Below, piece after piece: positions 29,019 to 37,588 of a stretch of 51,081 nucleotides of DNA. The position numbers and the translations under genes were made by a program. Position 1 is the stretch's first letter. Each line of letters starts with the position of its first letter. This DNA comes from Promethearchaeota archaeon Loki_b31 (GTDB lineage: Archaea > Asgardarchaeota > Lokiarchaeia > Sigyniarchaeales > SOKP01). The stretch spans positions 1-51,081 of the forward strand of contig NJBI01000022.1 of assembly GCA_005222975.1 (NCBI GenBank). The letters run 5' to 3'. The notes under the pieces were generated by a model. It was not told the DNA's origin. It did no database searches and saw only the letters and a list, made by a program, of their open reading frames with translations.

Positions 29019-29903
29019 ATGGCTAAATATTGTGTGTATTGCGGCAATCCATTGAAAAGTGAAGATAAATTCTGTATAATCTGTGGGAAGCCAGTTCTAG
29101 CAAGCGTAAAAAAGCCAGAAAAAACCGAGGTCGAGAAAATTAAAGAATTCATTAAAGACAAGAAAAAGCTTAGGGAAGAACCCGCGGAGAAAATTATTAT
29201 AGAAGAAGATGTCGAAGAATTATCTGAAAAACCAGAAAAAGAAGGCAAAAAGGAAAAAAAGAAAAAAGGAAAAAAAGACGAAAAAGAAATTGTAGAGAAA
29301 CCTCTACCTTTTGAAGTTAAGGAACAAATGATCTTGAACATAGAATATAATGATACTCAATTAAATAAACAAATATTGATTGAAAAACTAAAAGAACTTC
29401 AAAAATCTGTAAAAGATCCAAGATACGATGTAGATCCAGAATATAAAAAAACTGTTAATATAAAACTCGAAGCGATTAAAACTTTAATAACTGAACTAAA
29501 ACAAAAAGAAGGCGAATTAGAGCAAAAATTGGAGAAGCCATTTATTGTTCAGAGAATTCAAGAAGATATTGAAAAGAAAATCTTTCAATTAAAAAACCTG
29601 TCAAAAGAATTTAAATTACTCAAAGTCGATAAAGAATCGTTTGAAAAGCTACGAGAAAAGTACAACCAAGAAAAAAAGGAATTCGAAACGGAGAAAAAAG
29701 ATTTGACAGAAGGAATGAAACTTTGGATTAAGGAATTAAAAATGGAAAAAGCTGAACTCCAATCGGAGAGAAACTTAAATAAAGGACGATTTTCAGCAAA
29801 AGAAATTTCTGAAGACGATTTTAAAGTTAAAAGCAAAGATTTTGATTTAAAACTTAAAAAGATTGAAATAAAAATCAAGACTCTAGTAAATCTTACTAAA
29901 TAA
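29019..29903 (+). CDS. zinc-ribbon plus coiled-coil protein (CdvA-like/steadiness-box-like hairpins)
   Basis: CxxC-x10-CxxC N-terminus, K/E-rich linker, coiled coils with two hairpin motifs (FKLLKVDKESFEKL, RFSAKEISEDDF). Confidence 0.6.
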   Translation: MAKYCVYCGNPLKSEDKFCIICGKPVLASVKKPEKTEVEKIKEFIKDKKKLREEPAEKIIIEEDVEELSEKPEKEGKKEKKKKGKKDEKEIVEKPLPFEVKEQMILNIEYNDTQLNKQILIEKLKELQKSVKDPRYDVDPEYKKTVNIKLEAIKTLITELKQKEGELEQKLEKPFIVQRIQEDIEKKIFQLKNLSKEFKLLKVDKESFEKLREKYNQEKKEFETEKKDLTEGMKLWIKELKMEKAELQSERNLNKGRFSAKEISEDDFKVKSKDFDLKLKKIEIKIKTLVNLTK

Positions 29904-30096
29904 TGTAAACCTAAATTTTTAATTTATTTCAAATATTATAATATTTGATTAATATGAGAAAAAAACTAATTGGTCTTATAATTTTAATAATTGCCTTATC
30001 TTTACTGACAATAGGGCTGATAAATAGCGATTATCTTAGAATTAATTCTCTTTACGAACAAATGAATTTTTTTACATAACAACGGTTTGGGTTAAG

Positions 30097-30408
30097 TTAA
30101 TCCCAACGTTTCCCTTTACCTAAAGCAGCGGAATTTTCTAAAAAACCCTTCTTCTGGTATACCTTTTCTTGGGATTTTCTATATTTATTCGCGTCTCTAT
30201 AATGTTTTTTACAGAGAAAAATTTTATGTTGCCTGTTTTCAAAAAATTTTAAATTTGCTTTCTCAACGTAAATTTTCCATTTATTTTCTGAAAGCGATCT
30301 TATAGCGAGCTCTCCACAGTTTTTCACTGAACAACTTTTTCCCTTACTTGCTGTAGAACTAAGGTCTCCTTTTTTTCTAAGTTCTTTAGGTAACTTCAAT
30401 TTTAACAC
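30097..30408 (-). CDS. small basic zinc-binding protein of unknown function
   Basis: CSVKNC...AIRSLS...LCKKHY (C-x4-C...C-xx-H). Confidence 0.65.
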   Translation of the reverse strand: MLKLKLPKELRKKGDLSSTASKGKSCSVKNCGELAIRSLSENKWKIYVEKANLKFFENRQHKIFLCKKHYRDANKYRKSQEKVYQKKGFLENSAALGKGKRWD

Positions 30409-30482
30409 TTACTAAAAATTTTATTAGGATTGAATATTATAATCTTAAATTAATTACCATCTTAAAATTTTTCCTAAAATTC

Positions 30483-31193
30483 ATGGATTCTTTGAACTTA
30501 ATTTTCGACGAAAATCTTATTAAGAGCAAACTTTATGACTGCGATTCACCTTTGAGAATATCTCTTAAAGACAATTTTTTTACAAGTTCAGCAGTGCTTT
30601 TTTCTATCGTTCCATACAAAGAAAAACCCTACGAATTAATATTAATTCATCGTTCAAATAGAGGAACAAGACATAGAGGTGAAATATCGTTTCCAGGAGG
30701 TAAATTCGAAGTTAATAACGATAAATCCTTAAAAGACACCGCTTTAAGAGAAACTGAAGAAGAAATTGGCGTACCAAGGAAAAATATTAAAATTCTTGGT
30801 TGTCTTGACGATTTTCCTACAATGACGAAGTATATTATCACCCCATTTGTAGCAATCATCGATCAAAATCAAAAATTAATTAAAGAGGATAGAGAGGTTC
30901 AGAAAATATTAAAAATTCCTATCGATTTCTTCTTAAGTAAAAAAAAATTTCGAGAACAAGCTGTAGACATTGATGGCAATAAGTTCCCGATATTCTACTT
31001 TAATTACATCAATAAAGAAAATGGCAAAAAATATACTATTTGGGGAGCAACGGCTTATATGATTGTAACTTTTCTAGAAGAATTATATGGATTTACTATT
31101 TCAAACTTAGGATTGGAGCGATTTAAACTTGAAAAAATAAAAGATTTAAAAGAGTATCTCAAATATCGAAACCAAATTACTAAAAAATTTTAA
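30483..31193 (+). CDS. Nudix hydrolase, CoA pyrophosphatase family (NUDT7/PCD1-like)
   Basis: SAVL, LIHRS..HRGEISFPGG, Nudix box TALRETEEEIG, IWGATA. Confidence 0.9.
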   Translation: MDSLNLIFDENLIKSKLYDCDSPLRISLKDNFFTSSAVLFSIVPYKEKPYELILIHRSNRGTRHRGEISFPGGKFEVNNDKSLKDTALRETEEEIGVPRKNIKILGCLDDFPTMTKYIITPFVAIIDQNQKLIKEDREVQKILKIPIDFFLSKKKFREQAVDIDGNKFPIFYFNYINKENGKKYTIWGATAYMIVTFLEELYGFTISNLGLERFKLEKIKDLKEYLKYRNQITKKF

Positions 31194-31226
31194 TAATTTA
31201 ATACAAAATCTAAAATACTGATACCT

Positions 31227-31895
31227 ATGGATTTCATATTTGATGAAAACTTTATTAGAAAGAAGCTGAAAGACTTTAATTCTCCAGATCGTCTGGCTAT
31301 GTCGCACGAAAATTTTATTAATTCTGCCATCGTTTTTCTAATTCTTCCATACAAGGATAAACCGTATGATTTAGTTTTAATTCGAAGAACCAAAAGTAAA
31401 AAAGATAAACATTCGGGAGAAATGTCATTTCCCGGAGGTAAATTCGACCAAATGCTTGATAAATCTTATTTAGATACGGCGTTAAGAGAACTCGAAGAAG
31501 AACTAGGAGTTTCTAAAACAAGTATCAATGTTTTGGGCTCTATTGACGACCATCTTACACCTAAAGGATTTATTATTACCGCTTTTGTAGCCTATATCGA
31601 CCAAGATACAAGAATTGTAAAAGAAGAAAACGAAGTAAAAGAAGTTGTAAAAATACCAATAACTTTTTTTGCAAATAAAAAAAACTACAAAGAAAGGGCT
31701 TACGATCTCAAAGGAGACCTAATTGGAGTTGGTAAATTTAATTACAGATCCGCAGAAAATAAAAAATACGTTATATTTGGTGCGACATCTCATATTATAG
31801 TCAATTTTATTGACACAATCTATAATATTGGATTAATGACACCTGGATGTCGACGAATAAATTGTGAAGACATTAAAGACAGAATAATTAGATAA
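31227..31895 (+). CDS. Nudix hydrolase, CoA pyrophosphatase family, tandem paralog
   Basis: HSGEMSFPGG, TALRELEEELG, IFGATS. Confidence 0.9.
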   Translation: MDFIFDENFIRKKLKDFNSPDRLAMSHENFINSAIVFLILPYKDKPYDLVLIRRTKSKKDKHSGEMSFPGGKFDQMLDKSYLDTALRELEEELGVSKTSINVLGSIDDHLTPKGFIITAFVAYIDQDTRIVKEENEVKEVVKIPITFFANKKNYKERAYDLKGDLIGVGKFNYRSAENKKYVIFGATSHIIVNFIDTIYNIGLMTPGCRRINCEDIKDRIIR

Positions 31896-31979
31896 TATCG
31901 AAAATTTAAAATAAACATAAAATTCATTTAAATCTATAAATATTAAGTATTAACAGTAAATCTCTATAATAATTAATTT

Positions 31980-32135
31980 GGCCCCCGGCGGTCGGAATTT
32001 GATTTGATCATTTCGATCTCATACGATAAGTGGTCTCTGACGCTGGGCTTCAAACCCAGTTATCCTGCGGAGGGATAGGGGTTCGATATGGAAAGAGGTT
32101 TGTTCTTTTCGAGAAAATCCCCCTGGGGGCCGCCA
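31980..32135 (+). tRNA. selC: tRNA-Sec(UCA) with two introns (~31997-32029, ~32088-32117)
   Basis: 9-bp acceptor GGCCCCCGG/CTGGGGGCC, G73 plus encoded CCA, 7-bp D stem after splicing, 6-bp anticodon stem with loop CTTCAAA (TCA 32050-32052), long variable arm, 4-bp T stem (9/4 fold). Confidence 0.95.
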
Positions 32136-32168
32136 AATTCAAAATTTAAGTAATTTCAAGGGAAATTT

Positions 32169-33536
32169 ATGTTTGACTTTAATAAAATTATTGATTATTT
32201 TAAGAGCACATCAATTCCACAAAATATGTTAGATAGAGGGCAATTAGTTTTAAACAATTTCTTAAAACCAATGAAAACGCTATTTGAGCAAAGAATTGTC
32301 CCTCAAAAGCCTTGGAGCGAAGGTCAAATCGAGTTTTTGCTTCAAATGCTTTCAAATATGGATACCGACAAAGATGATAAAGCTTCTCGAGTAGGGGAGC
32401 GTGAAGCAAGAATTGCATCGAGTTTACACTTAAAAACTTCAAGTGGATTTTGTCATGGGATAGGACGAAGTGGATTCTTAACAGCACCACAACCAAAAGC
32501 TCCTGGAGGTTCTATAATGTATGAACTCAGTAATTATTTAGCTCTTAATTTCCTTAGAAAGTTTGGAATGTCAAATATAAAAAAAGCAATAGTCGTCCCT
32601 CAATGCACTGGAATGTCTTTAGCTTTATGTCTAGGGGCTCTCAGACCTAATTGGAATGATAAAAAATTAATTAATAAAAGAACTGTAATTGTTCCTCAAA
32701 TTGACCACAAATCTCTAATGAAAGCAATTAATTTAATGGGAATGAGAATAAAAACTGTCGAAGGGAAAGTTTTTAGGGATGCAGTTAGAATACCAATCGA
32801 AGACATTGAAGCTAGTTTAGATAGTGATTGTTTTGCTATAATCTCTTTAACAAGCTTCTTTCCTCCTCGAGAATACGACAATATTAAAGAGATTAGCAAG
32901 TTTGCTAAAAAAAACGATCTGGTTCATATAATTATTAACGCCTATGGTGTACAAAGTCCGGAATGGATGAAATTAATTCGGGTTGGTATCGACGCTGGAA
33001 AAGTGGATGCAATTATTCAATCAACTGATAAAAATGTTCTTACTCCTGTTGGTGGAGCTATAATAGCATCTCCAAGCGAAGAGATTATAACCAAAATCAG
33101 CCAAGCCTACGCAGGTCGTGCTTCTGCTGCTCCAATTGTGAATTTTCTTATATCAATGTTATCTTTAGGAATAGAAGGGTACCAAAAACTTTTAAGAGCA
33201 CAACAACAAAATCGAAAATTACTAGAAAATAAATTAAAAGGAGTTGCCGAAAAAATCAACGAAAAAATTCTCGATGTATTTAATCCAGTAGCTGTTGCTG
33301 TGTCTTTAAATAACTTAAAAAAAGAACAGTTATTCGCGTTAGGGGGCGCTTTATATAACTTAAGAGTCACTGGTCCACGAGTATATAATCCTGAAGAAAG
33401 CGTATTTGGGACGTGCAGTACTGAATATATAACTCCATATATCGTAATGAATGCCGCTATTGGGGCATCATCAGAAGATATTATTTCTGCTGTTGAGAGA
33501 TTTGAAAAAGCTTACGATCAAATAACTCAAAAATAA
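32169..33536 (+). CDS. spcS: O-phosphoseryl-tRNA(Sec) selenium transferase (SepSecS)
   Basis: VGEREAR, HGIGRSG, QPKAPG, IDHKS, HIIINAYG, IQSTDKN..TPVGG (PLP lysine), YAGRAS. Confidence 0.96.
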   Translation: MFDFNKIIDYFKSTSIPQNMLDRGQLVLNNFLKPMKTLFEQRIVPQKPWSEGQIEFLLQMLSNMDTDKDDKASRVGEREARIASSLHLKTSSGFCHGIGRSGFLTAPQPKAPGGSIMYELSNYLALNFLRKFGMSNIKKAIVVPQCTGMSLALCLGALRPNWNDKKLINKRTVIVPQIDHKSLMKAINLMGMRIKTVEGKVFRDAVRIPIEDIEASLDSDCFAIISLTSFFPPREYDNIKEISKFAKKNDLVHIIINAYGVQSPEWMKLIRVGIDAGKVDAIIQSTDKNVLTPVGGAIIASPSEEIITKISQAYAGRASAAPIVNFLISMLSLGIEGYQKLLRAQQQNRKLLENKLKGVAEKINEKILDVFNPVAVAVSLNNLKKEQLFALGGALYNLRVTGPRVYNPEESVFGTCSTEYITPYIVMNAAIGASSEDIISAVERFEKAYDQITQK

Positions 33537-33725
33537 TAATTTTCTAATATTATTTCAATTTAAGTTAGAAAAGATATAATACCACTTTTAATAATAAATT
33601 ACGATGACATAATAATTATTCAATACTAAATAATAAAAACTAGAAGAACAATATTATACTAAATATTTAGGGTTATAAAAATAAATTAAAAGGAGTTGCC
33701 GAAAAAATCAACGAAAAAATTCTCG
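33226..33725. repeat. 48-bp exact direct repeat (33226-33273 and 33678-33725)
   Basis: AAAATAAATTAAAAGGAGTTGCCGAAAAAATCAACGAAAAAATTCTCG occurs inside SepSecS and again upstream of the next gene. Confidence 0.92.
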
Positions 33726-34405
33726 TGGAAAATTTACTCTTAAATCAATTTAATAATGTAATATCAACTCAATGGTCTTTTAAACAAATCGAAGAAAACA
33801 TTGAACCATTATCTTCACGAGAATTATTTGAATTAGCGTATCATACGAGTAATTCCGTTGCAATGCGAAATATTTTTATAAAACTCTCTACCTCGGAAAG
33901 TAAAGGTGGTTCTCAGGCTATACTATATTCAAACACTAAGAAATTTATAAAGATCGAAACTCTTGAGAATTCTTTGAGAATTACAAAATACTTCCCTGAA
34001 GGAAGTAGTGGGGATAAGTTAATCACCAATGTTCAGCCTAAACTAAAGAATAGAAAAGAAAAATTTTTAACGAAAGATAGTTCTATGAAAACTGACATCC
34101 TTAAAACTATTCTAGTTGAAAGGAAACTAGATGAATGCGTAAACTTCGTTATGTTAAAAGATATTAATCGAAAAGTCTATTTTGCCATTGGAGATGCCCG
34201 GGAAAGCGCTGCAGTCGTACCTATGTTCATGGAAGCAGAAGGGGCTAGTTTGATTCAATTAGCTTTAAATAAGTGGATGAGCACAGTTCAAACTTTCGAC
34301 CAAGAAAAACCCTTTCCAGATAATTTTGTCACGGGCTTACTTAAAAATGTAATGCAAATTAAAAAGTGGGTTCTGAATTTAATATCTATTAATTTAGATA
34401 AATAG
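33725..34405 (+). CDS. hypothetical protein
   Basis: 226-aa ORF with globular composition; GTG start; no recognised motif. Confidence 0.7.
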   Translation: MENLLLNQFNNVISTQWSFKQIEENIEPLSSRELFELAYHTSNSVAMRNIFIKLSTSESKGGSQAILYSNTKKFIKIETLENSLRITKYFPEGSSGDKLITNVQPKLKNRKEKFLTKDSSMKTDILKTILVERKLDECVNFVMLKDINRKVYFAIGDARESAAVVPMFMEAEGASLIQLALNKWMSTVQTFDQEKPFPDNFVTGLLKNVMQIKKWVLNLISINLDK

Positions 34406-34501
34406 TCTATAGTTTTATAATTAGTAAAACTTGTTAACGGCTTCAAGATAAGTGGTTTTATTAAATAATTTGCTCTTGAAATATAGAAAAAAGGAAAAGA
34501 G

Positions 34502-34681
34502 TGGGCCATCGGGGATTTGAACCCCGGATCTCAGGCTTTTACTGATATGGACATTTTGAATTATTTTGTCTGTCCATGGGTCAATTATAAGACCTGCGCT
34601 TGTTGACCAAGCTTCAATTAAGCCTTGTTAACCATTTCAGTAAACAAGATAAATTCTCGTTTAAAACTGAGCTAATGGCCC
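34502..34681 (-). tRNA. tRNA-Ile(UAU) with three introns (34635-34664, 34602-34628, 34537-34584)
   Basis: Spliced 75 nt: GGGCCAT TA GCTC AGTTTGGTTA AAGC G CAGGT CTTATAA GCCTG AGATC CGGGG TTCAAAT CCCCG ATGGCCC A; each intron has a BHB-like motif. Confidence 0.88.
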
Positions 34682-34866
34682 TGTGCTTAATTTATATTCT
34701 GTTTTTTAAATACTTTTTTTTATTTTACTTATATTATAAAGTCAAAAAGCACAAAATAATAAAAATTTTTTTATTGGTGTGCTCTGTTATATTTATAATA
34801 ATTAAAATCAAAAAATGATATTATATATAATATTTTAAAAAATCAAACAAATGGGTGTAAAAATAA

Positions 34867-35271
34867 ATGGCCGAAATGCTTACTGACCTTCTAAACTCAA
34901 TCTACGGGCGAATTGCCCAACTTGGTCAAGCAATTCAAGGATTGAAAACTTCTTTAGACGGGCTAAATCAAAATATTGAACAAAAAATCTCTAATCTAAA
35001 TGAAAAGTTAAAAGAATTTTCAGAGGAAATTGGAATAACAAAAGGTAAACATATTGAAGTTTTGAAAGATATTGGAGAGAGTACAAAACTTGAATTGATG
35101 AAAATACAGGAAGGCCTAGGATTAGATGCTCTTGAAACGCTCGTGAAAAACCTAGAAGAATTCTCAAAATTGTCTGCGGAAGTACTTAACCAAGATACCG
35201 TTAATTTACTTCTTTCTGAAGCAATTAGTTCGGTAAAATCCATGAAAGATATATCTCAAAATAATGTATAG
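34867..35271 (+). CDS. coiled-coil hypothetical protein
   Basis: Continuous heptads (IAQLGQAIQGLKTSLDGLNQNIEQKISNLNEKL), no proline. Confidence 0.75.
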   Translation: MAEMLTDLLNSIYGRIAQLGQAIQGLKTSLDGLNQNIEQKISNLNEKLKEFSEEIGITKGKHIEVLKDIGESTKLELMKIQEGLGLDALETLVKNLEEFSKLSAEVLNQDTVNLLLSEAISSVKSMKDISQNNV

Positions 35272-35311
35272 TATAAAGAATGTAGTATAATCGTAATGAG
35301 TTGATAAAAAA

Positions 35312-35734
35312 ATGGCAGAAAAATTATTGGATAATATGATAACTAAAATAAATCAGATTACAACTTCGCTAGATGGTACAATCGCTCAGATCACTCAAAT
35401 GAGCACCGCAATTCAGAATATGTCGCAAAAGTTTTCTGAAGAAACAATTTCTGTAAACGAGAATATACGACTTATAGTGGAAGTACTTAAACAATTTCGC
35501 ATGAAATCTAGTGAAAACATGCAAGAGATTTCAGATGATTTTAACGCTAGGATAAAAGAACTATACGAAAAAAAATCAATTGAATGTATCACTGAAGAAG
35601 AAAAGAAAGCTATTGAAATAATAAGACAAGCTGCTAAAGCTGTTTCTAATAACCTCTATTACGCTCAATTATTAAATGTTATTCAATCTATAAGAGAAGA
35701 AACTAATAGGATTATTAGCTTTAAAGAACCGTAA
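35312..35734 (+). CDS. coiled-coil hypothetical protein, probable distant paralog of the preceding gene
   Basis: Similar length, MAE.L start, shared TSLDG, continuous heptads. Confidence 0.75.
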   Translation: MAEKLLDNMITKINQITTSLDGTIAQITQMSTAIQNMSQKFSEETISVNENIRLIVEVLKQFRMKSSENMQEISDDFNARIKELYEKKSIECITEEEKKAIEIIRQAAKAVSNNLYYAQLLNVIQSIREETNRIISFKEP

Positions 35735-35802
35735 AGCATCTAGTTTTTTTATGATAAAACTTTATTTATATCATCAACAAAGAAAATAAGGAGTTATTAA
35801 AT

Positions 35803-36705
35803 ATGCCAACGGGCAGCTTTGTAATATTATTACCTTTGGACGCCGATTACAGAATTTTAGGTTATTATTTTAAAGAAGGAAAATATGATTTTGAAATAAC
35901 AAACGATTTATTTCTAAGGCTTAATTTAGATCATTCTAAAGACGAGTACAACTTGTTGAAATTAAAAGAGAATCAAATTATTTCTTATGTTTATAAATTT
36001 AAAGGAAAATTAGCTCGAAAGGCTTCTGGGATTATTATTGGATTATTGTTAAATGAAAACGATAAACCTGAGAAATTCAGATCTGCTCTTAAGGAAGGAG
36101 CTGAAGCAATTGAAGTTTTAGGGTTAAACTTTTTAAAAATGAATTCAGAAGAATTTGAACCGCTCTTAAAAGATATTTATTTAGAACACCTCGAACCATT
36201 AATCGACATCCTAAAACCAGATGCTTTAAAAAATAATGTTATAACTATAACTAAATTTATGTTGAGCGGTGGGAAACAAGAAAGAAAAATTGCTCAAGAA
36301 TTATTAAAAAAAATTGAAGACGGAGAACACGAAAAAATCTCGGAGTATTATAATACGGCGGATAGTGCCTTGAAGGCTTTAGATTACGAAAAAGCCGCGA
36401 AATTCTTCAAAAGAGCTGCTGAAATTGCTGAAGAATTATATGTTATTGACATTGCTGAATCTTTAAAGGAGAAGGCTAATTTTTCGGAAGATTTTCCAGA
36501 TGTATCAAAAGCAAGGGACAAACTTGTTCAAGAAGCAAGAAATTTTCTCAGGAACGAAAATTTTCATTCAGCGTATATTTCTTATAAAAAGGCTAGCGAA
36601 CTTTCTAAGAAATTAGTTGATTTTAATAAAGAAGAAGAGTATCGTTTGAAGTCAAAAGCTCTTGAGGAATTTTTTAAAGTTGATGAGGAATATAAAAAAA
36701 AATGA
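35803..36705 (+). CDS. longin-like N-terminal domain plus TPR-like helical repeats
   Basis: N-terminal beta-beta-alpha-beta-beta-beta-alpha pattern; C-terminal YEKAAKFFKRAAEIA and FHSAYISYKKASELS repeats. Confidence 0.55.
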   Translation: MPTGSFVILLPLDADYRILGYYFKEGKYDFEITNDLFLRLNLDHSKDEYNLLKLKENQIISYVYKFKGKLARKASGIIIGLLLNENDKPEKFRSALKEGAEAIEVLGLNFLKMNSEEFEPLLKDIYLEHLEPLIDILKPDALKNNVITITKFMLSGGKQERKIAQELLKKIEDGEHEKISEYYNTADSALKALDYEKAAKFFKRAAEIAEELYVIDIAESLKEKANFSEDFPDVSKARDKLVQEARNFLRNENFHSAYISYKKASELSKKLVDFNKEEEYRLKSKALEEFFKVDEEYKKK

Positions 36706-36746
36706 TTTAATCGTTTTTCAATTTCTTCACTAAAGTTTCCTATAAA

Positions 36747-37580
36747 ATGGCAAAATTGGATAAAAAGATTATTGGATTAGTTACAGATTTTGGAGCGAAA
36801 GGGCTCCATTATGTAGCTAGTATGAAAGGAATAATATTAAAAATTAATCCTAAAGTAAAAATTATTGATATTTCTCATAATATCGCTCCATTTTCAATTA
36901 TAGAAACCTCCTATGTTGTTAAAACAACGCATAAATATTATCCTGAAGATACTGTTTTTATCGTTGTAGTCGATCCAGGAGTCGGTAGTTCCCGAGAGAT
37001 TGTAGCAATTAAAACTGTTAATAATCAATTTTTTGTCGGTCCTGATAATGGCATATTTAGTAATGTATTTTCTCCAGACGATATTGTTGAATGTGTAACT
37101 GTTGAAAATCAGAATTATTTCTTTAAACCAATCTCAAAAATGTTTCACGGAAGAGACATAATGGCACCAGTAGGAGCGTACATTACTAAAAATGTCCCAT
37201 TGAATAATTTTGGTCCTTCTTTTAATCCGTCAAAATTTGTGAAATACCCTCTCAAGTACGAAATTTCACCAAAAAATAAAAAAATAACTTGTGTTATTCA
37301 ATATATAGATACTTTTGGTAATGGAACAACAAACATCCCCTTACAAGAAAATAGAATATTGGGAACTTCAATAATTGTAGAGCACGGTAAAAAAATTGTC
37401 ATGTTATATAAAAATCAAGAATATCGTGGGAAATTTACATCCCATTTTGAATCGGTGCCACCAAAATCAATATTATTCGTTAAAGGCTCATTCGGCTATC
37501 TCGAAGTTTCAATAAATTTAGGGAACGCAGCTAAAGAAATAGGAATTGAATTGGGAGACGAAATTTCATTTAGTTTTTAA
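36747..37580 (+). CDS. SAM hydroxide adenosyltransferase / chlorinase-fluorinase family (DUF62)
   Basis: IGLVTDFG, IDISH, VVDPGVGS.R, VGPDNG, FHGRDIMAP, IDTFGN, GYLEVSIN. Confidence 0.92.
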   Translation: MAKLDKKIIGLVTDFGAKGLHYVASMKGIILKINPKVKIIDISHNIAPFSIIETSYVVKTTHKYYPEDTVFIVVVDPGVGSSREIVAIKTVNNQFFVGPDNGIFSNVFSPDDIVECVTVENQNYFFKPISKMFHGRDIMAPVGAYITKNVPLNNFGPSFNPSKFVKYPLKYEISPKNKKITCVIQYIDTFGNGTTNIPLQENRILGTSIIVEHGKKIVMLYKNQEYRGKFTSHFESVPPKSILFVKGSFGYLEVSINLGNAAKEIGIELGDEISFSF

Positions 37581-37588
37581 AAAAGGCT

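Noticed and set aside
34502-34681. Alternative call as tRNA-Leu(UAA)
   Set aside because: It needs a splice register that does not fit the BHB motif, and the variable loop is short (5 nt), unlike Leu.
34600-34818. 72-aa ORF in the track
   Set aside because: Overlaps the tRNA-Ile gene and AT-rich promoter DNA; low-complexity translation.
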